A model generated the notes under the pieces. The model did no database searches and had not been told where the DNA came from. It was given only the letters and a program-made list of their open reading frames with translations. From Planctomycetota bacterium (GTDB taxonomy: Bacteria; Planctomycetota; UBA11346): a stretch of DNA of 60,719 bases. How positions within the stretch are numbered: position 1 is the stretch's first letter; every line of letters starts with the position of its first letter. Below are positions 42,025 through 53,500 of the stretch, in pieces. The DNA lies in assembly GCA_038213805.1 (NCBI GenBank), contig JBBQSO010000026.1, positions 1 through 60,719 of the forward strand. The letters are read 5' to 3'. Position numbers and translations under genes: made by a program.

Positions 42025-43851
42025 ATGCCTGTCCGCACCTGCCGCCCGCTCCGCTCGCGCCTACTCGCGCTGCTCGCCGCCCCCCTTCTCGGTGCCTGCG
42101 CCGGCACCCTGACGGCTGCTGATGCGGCCGATGCGAACGAAGCCCTGCTGGCCGCGATCCCCAAGGAGACGCCCGCCGAGCACGACGCGCGCATGGCGTG
42201 GTTCCGCGATGCGCGCTTCGGCATGTTCATCCACTGGGGCCTGTACGCAGTGCCGGCGGGGGTCTACAAGGATAAGACCGACCTCGCCGAGTGGTACCTT
42301 GAGCAGAGCAAGATGCCGGTTTCGGAGTACGCGAAGTTCATCCCGCAGTTCGATCCCGAGCAGTTCGACGCCAAGGCGATCGTCAAGGCCGCCAAGGACG
42401 CGGGCATGCGCTATCTGGTGATCACCTCGAAGCACCACGATGGCTTCGGCATGTTCCCCTCGGCGCTCACCGACTGGTGCATCAAGTCGACGCCCTTCAA
42501 GCGCGACCCACTCGCCGAGCTGTCGGCGGCCTGCGCCGAGGCCGGCATCCGCTTCTGCACTTACCACTCGATCATGGACTGGCACCACACCGACTGGGGC
42601 AACCGCCGCGCCTGGAACGATACTGCCACCGGCACGCCGGACATGGACCGCTTCACCACGTACCTGAAGGGCCAGCTCACCGAGATCGTGACCCGCTACC
42701 ACCCCGGCATCATGTGGTTCGATGGCGAGTGGGAGAAGCCCTGGACGCACGCGCGCGCGCTCGACCTGTTCGCCTTCCTGCGCAAGCTCGATCCTAAGCT
42801 GATCATCAACAACCGCATCGACACCGGCCGCAATGGCATGGCCGGGATGAGCACCGACGACCACTTCGTCGGTGATTACGGCACGCCCGAGCAGGAGATC
42901 CCACCCACCGGCTTCGGCCCCGGCGTGGACTGGGAATCGTGCATGACCATCAACGACCACTGGGGTTTCAATTCCCACGACAGCAACTGGAAGTCGCCGC
43001 AGACCATCGTCACCAACCTGGTCGACATCGCCAGCAAGGGCGGCAACTACCTGCTCAACGTCGGCCCGAATGCGCAGGGCCAGATCCCGGACGGCAGCAT
43101 CGCCACCCTGGCCGGCGTCGGCGCGTGGATGAAGGTCAACAGCGAGGCCATCTACGGCACCACCGCCAGCCCCTTCCGCAAGCTGCCCGCCGGCCTGCGC
43201 TGCACCCGGAAGGGCGGCACGCTGTACGTGCACGTCTTCACCTGGCCGGCAGACGGCAAGGTGGTGCTGCCGATGACGGGCGCGATCAGTTCGGCCAGCG
43301 TGCTTGGGCAGTCGGAAGCACTGACCACGGCAGCCGGCGAGCACGGTCTGACCATCACCCTGCCGGCGGCAGCCCCGGCCGGACTGGTGCCGGTGCTCAA
43401 GCTGACCCTGGCCGGCGAGGTCCTGCCGATCGACACCCTGCCCAAGCAGGCCGCGGACGGCACCATCGCGCTGCCGCTCGACGACGTCACCCTCAGCGGC
43501 GGGCTCAAGGTCGAGAACACCCCGCCCAACCTCGGCATGTGGACCAACACCCATGCCTCGGCGACGTGGACGGTGGCGGTACGCCAGCCCGGCACCTTCA
43601 CGGTGGTCCTCGATTACGCGCTGCCGACCGCCGACGCGGGCAACCAGCTCGACATCGATGCCGGCGGCACCCCGCTGAGCGTCGCGCTCGCCGCCACTGG
43701 CAGCTGGACCGATTACCACCAGGTCGAGATCGGCACGCTGACCGTGGCCAAGGCCGGCGCGGTGTCCTTCACCATCCGCCCCAAACCCCGCACCACGCTC
43801 AAAGAGGGGCTGATGAACCTGCGCGGCGTGACGCTGAAGCCGAAGCCCTGA
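42025..43851 (+). CDS. Secreted alpha-L-fucosidase (GH29) with C-terminal CBM-like domain
   Basis: WFRDARFGMFIHWGLY, ITSKHHDGF, MWFDGEW, TPEQ, WESCMT and GGNYLLNVGP motifs; C-terminal ATGSW..Y beta-sandwich; GGAGG RBS. Confidence 0.94.
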   Translation: MPVRTCRPLRSRLLALLAAPLLGACAGTLTAADAADANEALLAAIPKETPAEHDARMAWFRDARFGMFIHWGLYAVPAGVYKDKTDLAEWYLEQSKMPVSEYAKFIPQFDPEQFDAKAIVKAAKDAGMRYLVITSKHHDGFGMFPSALTDWCIKSTPFKRDPLAELSAACAEAGIRFCTYHSIMDWHHTDWGNRRAWNDTATGTPDMDRFTTYLKGQLTEIVTRYHPGIMWFDGEWEKPWTHARALDLFAFLRKLDPKLIINNRIDTGRNGMAGMSTDDHFVGDYGTPEQEIPPTGFGPGVDWESCMTINDHWGFNSHDSNWKSPQTIVTNLVDIASKGGNYLLNVGPNAQGQIPDGSIATLAGVGAWMKVNSEAIYGTTASPFRKLPAGLRCTRKGGTLYVHVFTWPADGKVVLPMTGAISSASVLGQSEALTTAAGEHGLTITLPAAAPAGLVPVLKLTLAGEVLPIDTLPKQAADGTIALPLDDVTLSGGLKVENTPPNLGMWTNTHASATWTVAVRQPGTFTVVLDYALPTADAGNQLDIDAGGTPLSVALAATGSWTDYHQVEIGTLTVAKAGAVSFTIRPKPRTTLKEGLMNLRGVTLKPKP

Positions 43852-44140
43852 GTCGGCTGCAAGGTACGATAGGAACGCAGGGAGTCGAAAAGATGCAGGA
43901 TAGAAACGCAGAGCGCGCAGAGCGGTAAGGCAGCGGGCCGCGGCCGACGGCATGGAGGCATCTTTCCTGGGAGGCGAAGCGGGTCATCGGTCCCGCAGGC
44001 CCCTTCCCAATCGGCCTCCGTCGCCTCTGCGACCCTCCTGGCTCCTGCTCTGCGCCATTGCGTTGCCATCAGTCCCCACGGCTGGCACACCTATTATGGT
44101 AGGCGGTTGTACCCGCGCAGGCGGCGTGATGATCGCCGCC

Positions 44141-45220
44141 ATGGCCCGACGCAGCACGGCCGGGAACGCCGTCCTGGCGCCGGTCACCATCCATGATGTG
44201 GCGCAGGCCGCCGGCTGCTCGATCACCACGGTGTCGTGGGCCCTGAACGGCAAGGGCGCGCTGCGGCCAGCGACGCGGGAACGCGTCCTGGAGGCCAGCC
44301 GGCGACTGGGCTATGTCGCGAATTCGGCAGCCCGGCAGCTGCGCATGAAGCGCACCGACACCATCGGCCTGCTCTTCCCGCGCACCGCCACCACGCTGTT
44401 CCACAACGTCTTCTATGCGGACGTGACCGCGGCCCTGCTCGAACGCCTCGCCACCGACGGCCTGCACCTGCTGATCTGCCTTTACGACCCGCTCGACTCC
44501 ACGCACCCGGTGCCGCCGGTGATCGCGCAGCACCGCCTCGACGCGGCGGTGGTGCTGGGCACCGCGCCGGCGCGCTTCATCGCCGCGCTGCACGGCCACG
44601 GTCTGCCCCTGCTGCTGCTCGACACCGGCTGCCCGGGGATCGCCGCGGACAGCGTCACCAGCGCCGGGCGCGCCGGCGGTGAGGCGGCGGTCGCATACCT
44701 CGCTGCCGCCGGCCACCGCCGTTTGGCGATGGTGGTCGGCGAGGCCGAGGACTTCAATACCGGCGAGCGTATCGCCGGCTTCCAGGCCGGTTGCCGGCGC
44801 GCCGGCGTCGACCATGCCGGCATCCTGCGCAAGCCGCAGCAGGACAGCGACGGGTTGTGCGCCCAGGTCATGGCCCTGCTCGCCGGCGCGGCGCCGCCGA
44901 CCGGGCTGGTGGTGGTCAACGACACCATGGCGGCGGAGCTGGTGCCGCGGCTGCAGGCCGCCGGCGTCGCGGTGCCTGAACGGGTGAGCGTGGTGTCGTT
45001 CAACGACGACGCGCACGCACGCACCTGCAAGCCGCCGCTCACCACCCTGGCCATCGATCGCGCCGCGCTCGGGCGGCGCGGGGGCGACGTGCTGTGCGCG
45101 CGGCTGGCCGAGCCGGGCGCGGCGGTGGTCACCGAACGCCTGGCGATGCGCCTGGTCGAACGCGCATCGGTCGCAGCGCCGGCGGCGGCGCCTGCCCGGG
45201 GGCGGCGGACCAGATCCTGA
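44141..45220 (+). CDS. LacI-family transcriptional regulator
   Basis: TIHDVAQAAGCSITTVSWALN, LGYVAN..ARQL, VPERVSVVSFND and PPLTT motifs. Confidence 0.95.
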   Translation: MARRSTAGNAVLAPVTIHDVAQAAGCSITTVSWALNGKGALRPATRERVLEASRRLGYVANSAARQLRMKRTDTIGLLFPRTATTLFHNVFYADVTAALLERLATDGLHLLICLYDPLDSTHPVPPVIAQHRLDAAVVLGTAPARFIAALHGHGLPLLLLDTGCPGIAADSVTSAGRAGGEAAVAYLAAAGHRRLAMVVGEAEDFNTGERIAGFQAGCRRAGVDHAGILRKPQQDSDGLCAQVMALLAGAAPPTGLVVVNDTMAAELVPRLQAAGVAVPERVSVVSFNDDAHARTCKPPLTTLAIDRAALGRRGGDVLCARLAEPGAAVVTERLAMRLVERASVAAPAAAPARGRRTRS

Positions 45221-45276
45221 CGAAGAGTTGGTAACGTTGCGTCACGGCGCGCGTTCAGATCGACATGAAGTCCTTA

Positions 45277-45291
45277 ATTAAACGTTTTATC
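45277..45291. promoter_or_regulatory. Candidate LacI operator (site 1)
   Basis: ATTAAACGTTTTATC, an AT-rich CG-centred palindrome upstream of the GH2 gene; a near-identical copy lies at 48752. Confidence 0.65.
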
Positions 45292-45333
45292 AAGCACCTG
45301 TTCGCACGTCCCAACTCCAGGTGCTGGCGGGAC

Positions 45334-48300
45334 ATGGGCCGCCAGGGCGGGTTGGCGTTGTGGATTGCGGTGGGCACGTTGGGGCTGGGCACAGTCGCTG
45401 TGGCCGCTGCGGCCGCGGTTGAGGAGGCTACCCCCGCGGTGACCTTCCCGCGTGATTTCGCCCCCGCAGAGCCGTGGGTCAAACCCATGGAACGCCCTGC
45501 GCGCATCGACCTCTGCCTCAACGGGCGCTGGCTGTTCCAGCCGGTGGCGGTGCCGGAGGGCTGGCGCGAGGGCGGCGGCACGGGGCCCGACCTGACCCCG
45601 CCGGTCGCGGACCGCTGGGAAGCGACGCCGATCAAGATCCCCTCGCCGTGGAACGTCAACACCTGGGGCGCGGGGCGCGATGTCGGACCGGGCACGGCCC
45701 GGCCGTATGAACCGAGCTCGGTCTACTTCCCTAGCTATCCCCGGACCTGGGACGCGGCGCGCATGGGCTGGCTGCGGCGCAGCGTGCGTCTGCCCGCGGA
45801 GTGGGGCGCGCGCCGCACCCTCCTGCACTTCGAAGCGCTGGCTGGCGAGGCGGTGGTGGTGGTCAATGGCGTTGCGGTCGGGCGCTGCTTCGACCAGCAC
45901 CTGCCGGCCGAGTTCGACATCACCGCGGCGCTCCATGCGGGCGAGAACGAACTGCTGGTCGGCGTACGCGCGGCGCAGCTCTTCAACCGCCAGGATCCAC
46001 ACTACCCGCACATGCGCTTCATCGCGCCGCTCGGTTCGACCACCGATCACTTGGTCGGCATCTGGCAGGACGTGTGGCTGGTCGGAGTGCCGGCGGTGCA
46101 CGTCGCCGAGGTGTTCATGAAACCGTTCGTCGACCGCGATACGCTTGAGGCCGAGGTCACCGTCGCCAACGACGGCGACCGGGCGGCGACCGTGCAGCTG
46201 GCCGGCAGCGTCGCACCCTGGGCGAACGACGCGGGTGCGGGCGCGCTCGACGCTCCCGAGCCACGCTGGCATCTCGACGCGGTCGCACTGCGCCTGCCGG
46301 GCACGACGCTGGCCGTGCCGGCCCACGGCCGCGCCACGGCGACGCTCAGCGCCGCGGTGCGCGGCGCGCTTGCCACCTGGTCGCCGACCACGCCGCGGCT
46401 TTACGGCGCGGTCATCACTCTCGACGGCGGGCGCGACGCGAAGTACACGCGCTTCGGCTGGCGGCAGTTCTCCTTCGCCGGCCCCGAGCTGCGCCTCAAC
46501 GGGCAAAAGCTGCAGTGCTTCGGCGACCTGCTTCACCCGTTCGGACCATTCGCGACCTCGCGCCGCTTCATCTGGGGCTGATACCGCATGCTGCAGGACG
46601 CGCACCTCAACGCGGTGCGTCCGCACGGCCAGCCATGGCCGCGCTGCGCGTACGATCTCGCCGACGAGATGGGTTTGGTGGTGCTGGCCGAGACCGGAAT
46701 GTTCGGCAGTTCCGTCGCCCTCAGCTTCAGCGCGCCCGAAGCGTGGGCGAACTACGCCGCGCAGTACGACGGCCTGGTGCGCCGCCAGCGCAACAACCCC
46801 AGCGTGGTTGGCTGGAGCTTCGGCAACGAGCTGTTCGCAATCTTCCAGCTCAACCACGTCGCGCCAGAGGATGACGCACGCTGGCACTCGCAGCTTGTTG
46901 AGCTGGGCCTGCGCGCGCGCCCTCGACCCGACGCGCAGCTGGATCTCGTGCGATGGCGACGAGGACTTGGCGGGTGCGCTGCCGGTGTGGTCGAAGCACT
47001 ATGGCCACGGCGTGCCGACGCTGCCAACCAGCGCCAAGCCGCAGATGGTCGGCGAATCGGGCGGCACCTATTACGCCGAGCCGAAACTGATGGCGGCGTT
47101 CAACGGCGACCGCGCCTACGCCAGCTATGCCGGCCGCGCCGAGGCGCTCGCCATCGACGTCTATCAGAACATCGTGCAGATGGCGCGGCCGCGGCTCGCC
47201 TGGTACTCGGCATCCGAGCTGGCGTGGTTTGGCATCGAGCACCTGCCGCTCGGCTGGCGCGATACCAGCCGCCTGCCCGACGGGCGCGATGGGGTGTTCC
47301 CTGCGCTGCCCTATGTCGAGGGCCAGCCCGGCATGCAGGTCGAGCGCATCCCGCCCTACGTCAGCACCATCAATCCGGGCTGGGACCCGGCCCTGCCGCT
47401 GTACCGGCCGACGGCGATGTTCACCGCCATGCAGGCGGCGCTCGATCCGGCGGGCCCACGACCCTGCACCTGGGACCATCGCACCGCGACCAGCGCGGCG
47501 GTGGTGACGGCACCAGCGCCGACCATCACCCGGGTGGCTTTCGCGGGCGCACCACAGGGCGTGCTAGCGCGGCGCCTGCGCACGCTCGGCGTGCCGTTGA
47601 GCGCCGACGGATCGGCGCCGCTGATGGTCGTCGATGGCGCCAGCGCGGCGACGGATCCGACACTCGCCGCGCGCGTCGCAGCGACGCTGCGCGCGGGCGG
47701 CACGGTGCTGCTTGCGGTCGGCGCGGGCGTCGATGCGGCGGCGGCCGCGCTGCTGCCGCCCGGCGTGACGGTCGTCGAGCGACGCGCCTCGCAACTGGTG
47801 GCGGAGCCCGGCGCGCCGCTCGCGGCCGGATGTACGGTGGCGTCCCTTGCCTTCTACAACCTCGAGGACGATCCCCAGGTGATCAAGCGTGTGGTCGACG
47901 GTCCAGGGCTGGAGTTCGCGCTGCGCCCGGCTGACACCGACTGGAGCCTGTTCGTGCGCCATAGTGAGGCCAGCAAGTGCGCGGCGATGCTGCTCTACGA
48001 AGCCATGCGCAAACCGCGCGGCGGCGCGCTCGCCAGCATCGCCAGTGGCGGCGGGCGGCTGGTGCTGGTCAGTCTCGATCCTGCGCTGCGCGCACCGCCG
48101 GTGGCGGCATTGTGGACGTGCCTGCTGGGGAACTGCGGGATTGCCCTGCAGCCGCTGGCGCAGACCTGGCTGGTCAGCGCCGCGGCGACGCCGGGCGCGG
48201 CGGCGGCGACGTGGCGCTTCACCACCAGCGCGCCGGGCGTGGCGTGGGCGGGTGAGCATTTCGACGACGGCACGTGGCCGCGCGCCAAAGCCGGGTTCGG

Positions 48301-48667
48301 CACACCCGTGCCCGGCGTCACCCCGGCGACGCCGTGGACCGGCACGGACATCTGGCTGCGGCGCGACTTCGATGTCGTCGCGCCGGTCGACGAGGCGACC
48401 GTGGTCGCCTACTGGGATGAAGAGGGCGAGGTGTGGATCAACGGCACCAAGGTCATGGATCTGCCGGGCTTCACCACCGCGTACCGCACCCTGCCGCTCA
48501 ACGACCATGCGCGCGCCGCATTTCACCTGGGCCGCAACGTCATCGCCGTGCACTGCCGCAACCTCGCCGGTGGGCAGTTCATCGACCTCGGCATCGTCAC
48601 CGGCACCACGACGGGCGGTGCAGCGCACGCGCACGATCTGCTGCTCGATGGGCCGCTGGGGGAGTGA
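45334..48667 (+). pseudogene. GH2 (beta-galactosidase-like) multidomain glycoside hydrolase, disrupted as assembled
   Basis: LNGRWLF, LLHFEA, TRFGWR, NAVRPH, LADEMG, NNPSVVGWSFGNE and LDPTR motifs span three ORF pieces. In-frame TGA at 46579-46581 and a frameshift in the (GC)5 tract at 46911-46920. Confidence 0.8.
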
Positions 48668-48751
48668 GGGCGGGCGCCAGGGCGAAGCGACCACCCCGGC
48701 GTGGCCGGGCGGCGCGACATGTTGGGCGCGCATCTGCCATGATAATCTATG

Positions 48752-48766
48752 ATTAATCGTTTTACT
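48752..48766. promoter_or_regulatory. Candidate LacI operator (site 2)
   Basis: ATTAATCGTTTTACT, just downstream of a GATAAT -10-like hexamer (48741-48746). Confidence 0.6.
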
Positions 48767-48853
48767 GAATGGGCGCAACGCGCCGCAACGGGCAGGGTAT
48801 CCTCATCGTGCGTGGCGTCGGCCGGTCACGGCGCGCCCCGCCAGGAGCCAGCC

Positions 48854-50188
48854 ATGCCCATCTTCCGCCGCGTCCGCCTGCTGCTGCTGGTGGGTGCATG
48901 CTGCGCGCTCGCAGCACCGCTCGCGGCGGCCGACGCGCATCCGCCGCAGCCCACCCGCGAGCAGGTCATCGCCGAGGTCATGCGCCCGTACGACGGCCCG
49001 ACCGTGACAGGTGTCGACACCACCACCATGCAGGGCAAGGTGCTGTGCGGCTACCAGGGCTGGCACGCCGCGCCCGGCGACGGTCAGGGGCGCGGCTGGT
49101 ATCACTGGCACGGCAAGGATGGCTTCAAGCCGGGCAACTGCTGCTTCGACCTGTGGCCGGACATCAGCGAATTCGACGCGGACGAGCGCTACGCCACGCC
49201 GTTCCTGCTACCCGATGGCAAGGCCGCCGAGGTCTACAGCGACTTCAACGCCAAGACCACCCAGCGCCACTTCACCTGGATGCGCGACTACGGCCTGGAC
49301 GGGGTGTTCGTGCAGCGCTTCGCCGGCGAGATCTTCAATCCCTCCGGCCTGCGCCACTTCACCACCGTGCTCGCCAACTGCCGCGCCGGCGCCAACCGCA
49401 CCGGCCGCGCCTACGCCGTGATGTACGACCTGTCCGGCATCGGCCTGGGTGACATGGAGAAGGTCAAGCAGGACTGGACCCTGCTGGTCGAACGCATGCG
49501 GATCACCAGCGATCCGGCCTACCTGCACGACCACGGCCGACCGGTGGTGGCGGTGTGGGGCTTCGGCTTCAACGACGGTCGGAAGTACACTCTCGCCGAG
49601 GGCCTGGACCTGGTCGCCTTTCTCAAGTGCACGCCCATGGGCGGCTGCACCGTCATGCTGGGCGTGCCGACGTGGTGGCGCACCCTGGACCACGACGCGG
49701 TCGCGGACCCTGAACTGCTCCGCTTGATCGCAGCCGCGGACATCGTCAGCCCGTGGGCGGTGGGGCGCAGCGACAGCCCCGAGGGCGCCGCCCACCTCGC
49801 CAAGCAGGTGTGGGCCGGCGATCAGGCGTGGTGCGCCGAGCGCAGGAAGGACTTCCTGCCGGTGGTCTTCCCCGGTTTCAGCTGGCACAACCTCAATGAC
49901 AAAAGTCCGAGCAACGCCACGCCGCGCCTCGGCGGCCGCTTCCTGTGGGCGCAGTACCTGGCCGCCAAGCGCAGCGGGGCGACCATGGTCTACCAGGCGA
50001 TGTTCGACGAGGTCGACGAGGGCACCGCGATCTTCAAGTGCACCAACACCCCGCCGGTCGGCGATTCGACCTTCATCACCTACGAGGGCCTGCCCAGCGA
50101 CCACTACCTGAAGCTGGTCGGCGCGGCGACGAAGATGATCCGCGGGCAGATCGCGGCGACCGAGGAGTTGCCGACGCTGGGCAAGTAG
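48854..50188 (+). CDS. Secreted GH71/GH99-like glycoside hydrolase
   Basis: Signal peptide; KVLCGYQGW, HFTWMRDYGLDGVFVQRF, MYDLSG, SPWAVGR, VVFPGFSW and AMFDEVDEGTAI motifs; AGGAG RBS. Confidence 0.85.
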   Translation: MPIFRRVRLLLLVGACCALAAPLAAADAHPPQPTREQVIAEVMRPYDGPTVTGVDTTTMQGKVLCGYQGWHAAPGDGQGRGWYHWHGKDGFKPGNCCFDLWPDISEFDADERYATPFLLPDGKAAEVYSDFNAKTTQRHFTWMRDYGLDGVFVQRFAGEIFNPSGLRHFTTVLANCRAGANRTGRAYAVMYDLSGIGLGDMEKVKQDWTLLVERMRITSDPAYLHDHGRPVVAVWGFGFNDGRKYTLAEGLDLVAFLKCTPMGGCTVMLGVPTWWRTLDHDAVADPELLRLIAAADIVSPWAVGRSDSPEGAAHLAKQVWAGDQAWCAERRKDFLPVVFPGFSWHNLNDKSPSNATPRLGGRFLWAQYLAAKRSGATMVYQAMFDEVDEGTAIFKCTNTPPVGDSTFITYEGLPSDHYLKLVGAATKMIRGQIAATEELPTLGK

Positions 50189-50573
50189 GCGGCTGAGAGG
50201 AGAGGGATAAAACAGGAGGCGCGGAGCCGCGGAGGCCGGAGGAGGACATCCGAAGACGCCGAAATTGGGAAGGCGCAGAGAACGGACGGACGAAGCCCCT
50301 CCGCCTCCTCCGATCTCCGCGGCTCCGCGCCTCGTGTTTTATTTGCGTTCCTCTCGCCCCGCACCTATTTCAAGGTGATGCGGCTCAGAAGAGAGGAGAG
50401 GGGTAGAACAGGCGCGGAGCCGCGGAGGCCGGAGGAGGACAGCCCAGGGCGCCGATAATGGGGAAGGCGCGGAGAACGGACGGACGAAGACCTTCCTCCT
50501 CCTCCGATCTCCGCGGCTCCGCGCCTCCTGTTTTATCTGCGTTCCTCTCGCCCCGCACCTATTTCAAGGTGAT
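50189..50573. repeat. Tandem duplication (~190 bp x2), each unit holding a copy of the palindromic element (copies 3 and 4)
   Basis: Unit 1 is 50189-50379 and unit 2 is 50380-50573. Both contain GGCGCGGAGCCGCGGAGGCCGGAGGAGG ... CCTCCTCCGATCTCCGCGGCTCCGCGCC and end in GCGTTCCTCTCGCCCCGCACCTATTTCAAGGTGAT. Confidence 0.92.
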
Positions 50574-53500
50574 AAGGTACGCCACCAGGTTGCGGATCTC
50601 GCCGCGCGACAGCAGGGAGCCGATCGGCGGCATCACCGAGACCACCTTGCTGCGCTGGGCGATCTTCGCCTTGGGCACGACCTGCGGTTCGCCGCCGGCG
50701 GGGCCGCGCACGCGCAGGGCGTCGGGCGTTTCGCCGACCAGCACGCCGGCGACCAGGCCGCCGTCGGCCAGGACCAGGGTGATCATGCCGAAGCCGTCGG
50801 CGATGTCGGCCTGCGGGTCGATCATCGAGCTGAGCAGGTGCCCACGGTCGAGGCGTGACGCCACGTGCTGCAGGTCCGGGCCGACGGAGGTGCCGGCGCC
50901 CAGGGTGTGGCACTGCAGGCAGCTGATCGCGGCGCCACCCTTGAAGATCGCCGCGCCGGCCTCGGCGTCGCCGCCCTCCAGAGCGAGGCTGGCGAGGCCG
51001 AGGGGCGCACTCTTGGCGAGCGCCTTCTCGAGCGCGTCGAGGCGCGCGATCAGCGGCTTGGCCTTCTGCGCGCGCACCGCGTCGGCGACGTCGAGGCGCA
51101 GGCCGGGGGCCAGGGTCTCGGCCTTCCAGTCGTCGAGCAGCGTGCCGCTGAGCGCCTGCGCGCGGGCATCGCTGAGCGTGCCGAGCACGGCCACCGCCTG
51201 CTGGCGGTCGCGCAGGTCGGCGCTGGCGAGCGCGGTCTGGAGCGCCGCGAAGGTGCTGTCCGCGGTGGGCGCGCGCCGCGCGATGACCGCCAGGGCCGCG
51301 CCGCGCAGGGCGGGATGCGCGGCCGCGAGCAAACGCTGCGCGGTGGCCTCGACATCCGGCGCGCCAAGCGCGTCCATGGCGTTGAAGGCTACCGCGCGCA
51401 CATCGTCGTCGCGCGCCTGGTCGTTGGCCAGGGCGGTGACGCGGGCGGTCCACTCGCTGAGCTTGAGCTGGGCGATGAGGTGTGCGGTCGCGCTCTGCAC
51501 CGGCTGGTGCTTGTCGAGCAGCAGGGCTTCCAGCGATTTCCCGAGCGCGGCGACGGCGACCGCGGGGTCGCGCGCCGGCAGGCCGCGGTAGGTGGCCTGG
51601 ACGCGGTCGAGGACCAGCGGCTTGCCCCACCAGGCGAGCGAATCGATGGCCTCGGCGCGCATCAGGGCCGGCGCCGCGGTGCGCGCGGCGTAGGCAGCCA
51701 GGCGCGCGGCCGCGGCAGCGTCACCCAGGCGCAGGTTGGCGCTGATGGCGCGGCGGATGCTGCCGTCCTCGGTGATGTCGGTGCGTTCGAGCAGGCGCGC
51801 CAGCACGGGCAGCGCCGCGGGGATGGAGAGATCGTCGTGGATGGCGCGCGCCGCCTCGCCCACCACCAGGGGGTCGGCGTCGGCGAGGAAGCGCGCCACC
51901 TCGGGATCGCCGGCGTGGCGCAGCGCCACCACCGCCGCCAAGCGCACCGCGCGCGAGGCGTGCGTGGCGAGGCCGAGCAGCGGCGCGTGGTCGCCGCGCG
52001 CGCAGCCGTCGAGAGCCATCACCCCGCCGTGGCGGACGAAGGGGTCGGCATTGTCGTTGGCGGCGAGCATCGCCACCGCGGCGGAGAACTGGGCCGGGCC
52101 ACCGATGCGCGCCAGGGCGATGCCGGCGAAGAGCCGCGCGCGCGGCTCGGGATCGGCGAGCAGGACGGCGACTGCAGATGCGGCCGAGGTCAGGCCGGCC
52201 TCGCCCAACACCCGCGCGACGTGCGCGCGCACCTCGACATCGGCGTCGGCGAGCAGCGGCAGCAGCGGCTGGACGGCCGCGGACGCGCCAGCGCGGCGGG
52301 CGACCATGCCCACTCCCCAGATCGCATGCACGCGTCCCGGACGGGTCGCGCCGGGCACCAGCGCGCGCGCGGTCAGCGCCTTCAGCCCCTCCGCACCCTG
52401 CTTCGCCAGGGCGATCTGCGCGGTGATGCGGATGCGCTGGTCGGCGTGATCGAGCAGCATGGCCAGTTCGGCGGCAGGGCGCCCGGCCATGCCGGCGCGG
52501 ATCAGCGCGGCGGTGTCGAGGCGTGCGGGATCCTTGGCGTGCGCCGGGTCGTCGAGCTTCAGCACCCGGCCCTTGGTGTGCGGCAGCCAGGGATTGTCGC
52601 CCCAGTCGGCCAGGCACAGCGCACCATCCGGGGCGAAGTACAGGCCAGTGGTGAAGGGACCGGTCAGCACGACTTCCGGATTGGCCATGCGGAAGCTGGC
52701 GCCGTGCGGCACGGCACGGAAGGCGGAGACCTTCTTGCTCGATTCGGCGAGGAAGAAGCAGTCGTGATAGCGCGCGTTCAGCGCCGTGCCGGGGTTGTGT
52801 TTGAAGCCCACCGGACCGTCAGAGAAGTTGTCGAGTCCCGGCGTCAGGTAGGCGGGCTGGTTCTCCGCCTCGGGTTGCCACAGGTGGTCGGCCATCCACG
52901 GATTGAAGGCGACGATGTCCGCCCAGTGTTTGCCCTCGCGGTACTGGTACCACGCGCGCCAGCCGAGATCGGCGCCGTCGACGAGGTTCTCGAAGCGCTC
53001 CTTGTCGCCCATGTCGCCGTCGTTGTCGACGGTGAAGAGGTTGCCGAAGTCGTCGAAGGTCAGCTCCTCGGGGTTGCGCACGCCGTGGCAGAAGACTGCG
53101 AAGCCGGTGCCGTCGGGTTCGATGCGGAAAACGCCGCCCTGGCCGGGGAAGTAGTGGTTCTTCCCCTCCGCTGTGACGTTGAAGCCCTTATCGCCCATCG
53201 ACCAGTAGATGCGCCCGTCCATACCCAGCGTCGGGCCGTGCATGTCGTGGCCGCCGTAGCCGACGTGGATGCCGAAGCCGGTGGCGAGCTCCTGAACCTT
53301 GTCGAAGACACCGTCGCCATCGGGGTCGGTGAGACGGTAGAGGGACGGGTAGGAGGTGACATAGAGCGCGTTGTCGTACCACAGGATGCCGGCGGCGACG
53401 CCGTTGATGTCGGTGCCGAAGCCATCGAAGACCACGCTGCGCTTGTCGGCCTTGCCGTCGCCGTCGCTGTCCTCGACACGGATGACCTGCTCGGTGACGT

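Noticed and set aside
46579..46581. TGA recoded as Trp or Sec
   Set aside because: TGA terminates many intact genes in the window, and the same gene has a second lesion.
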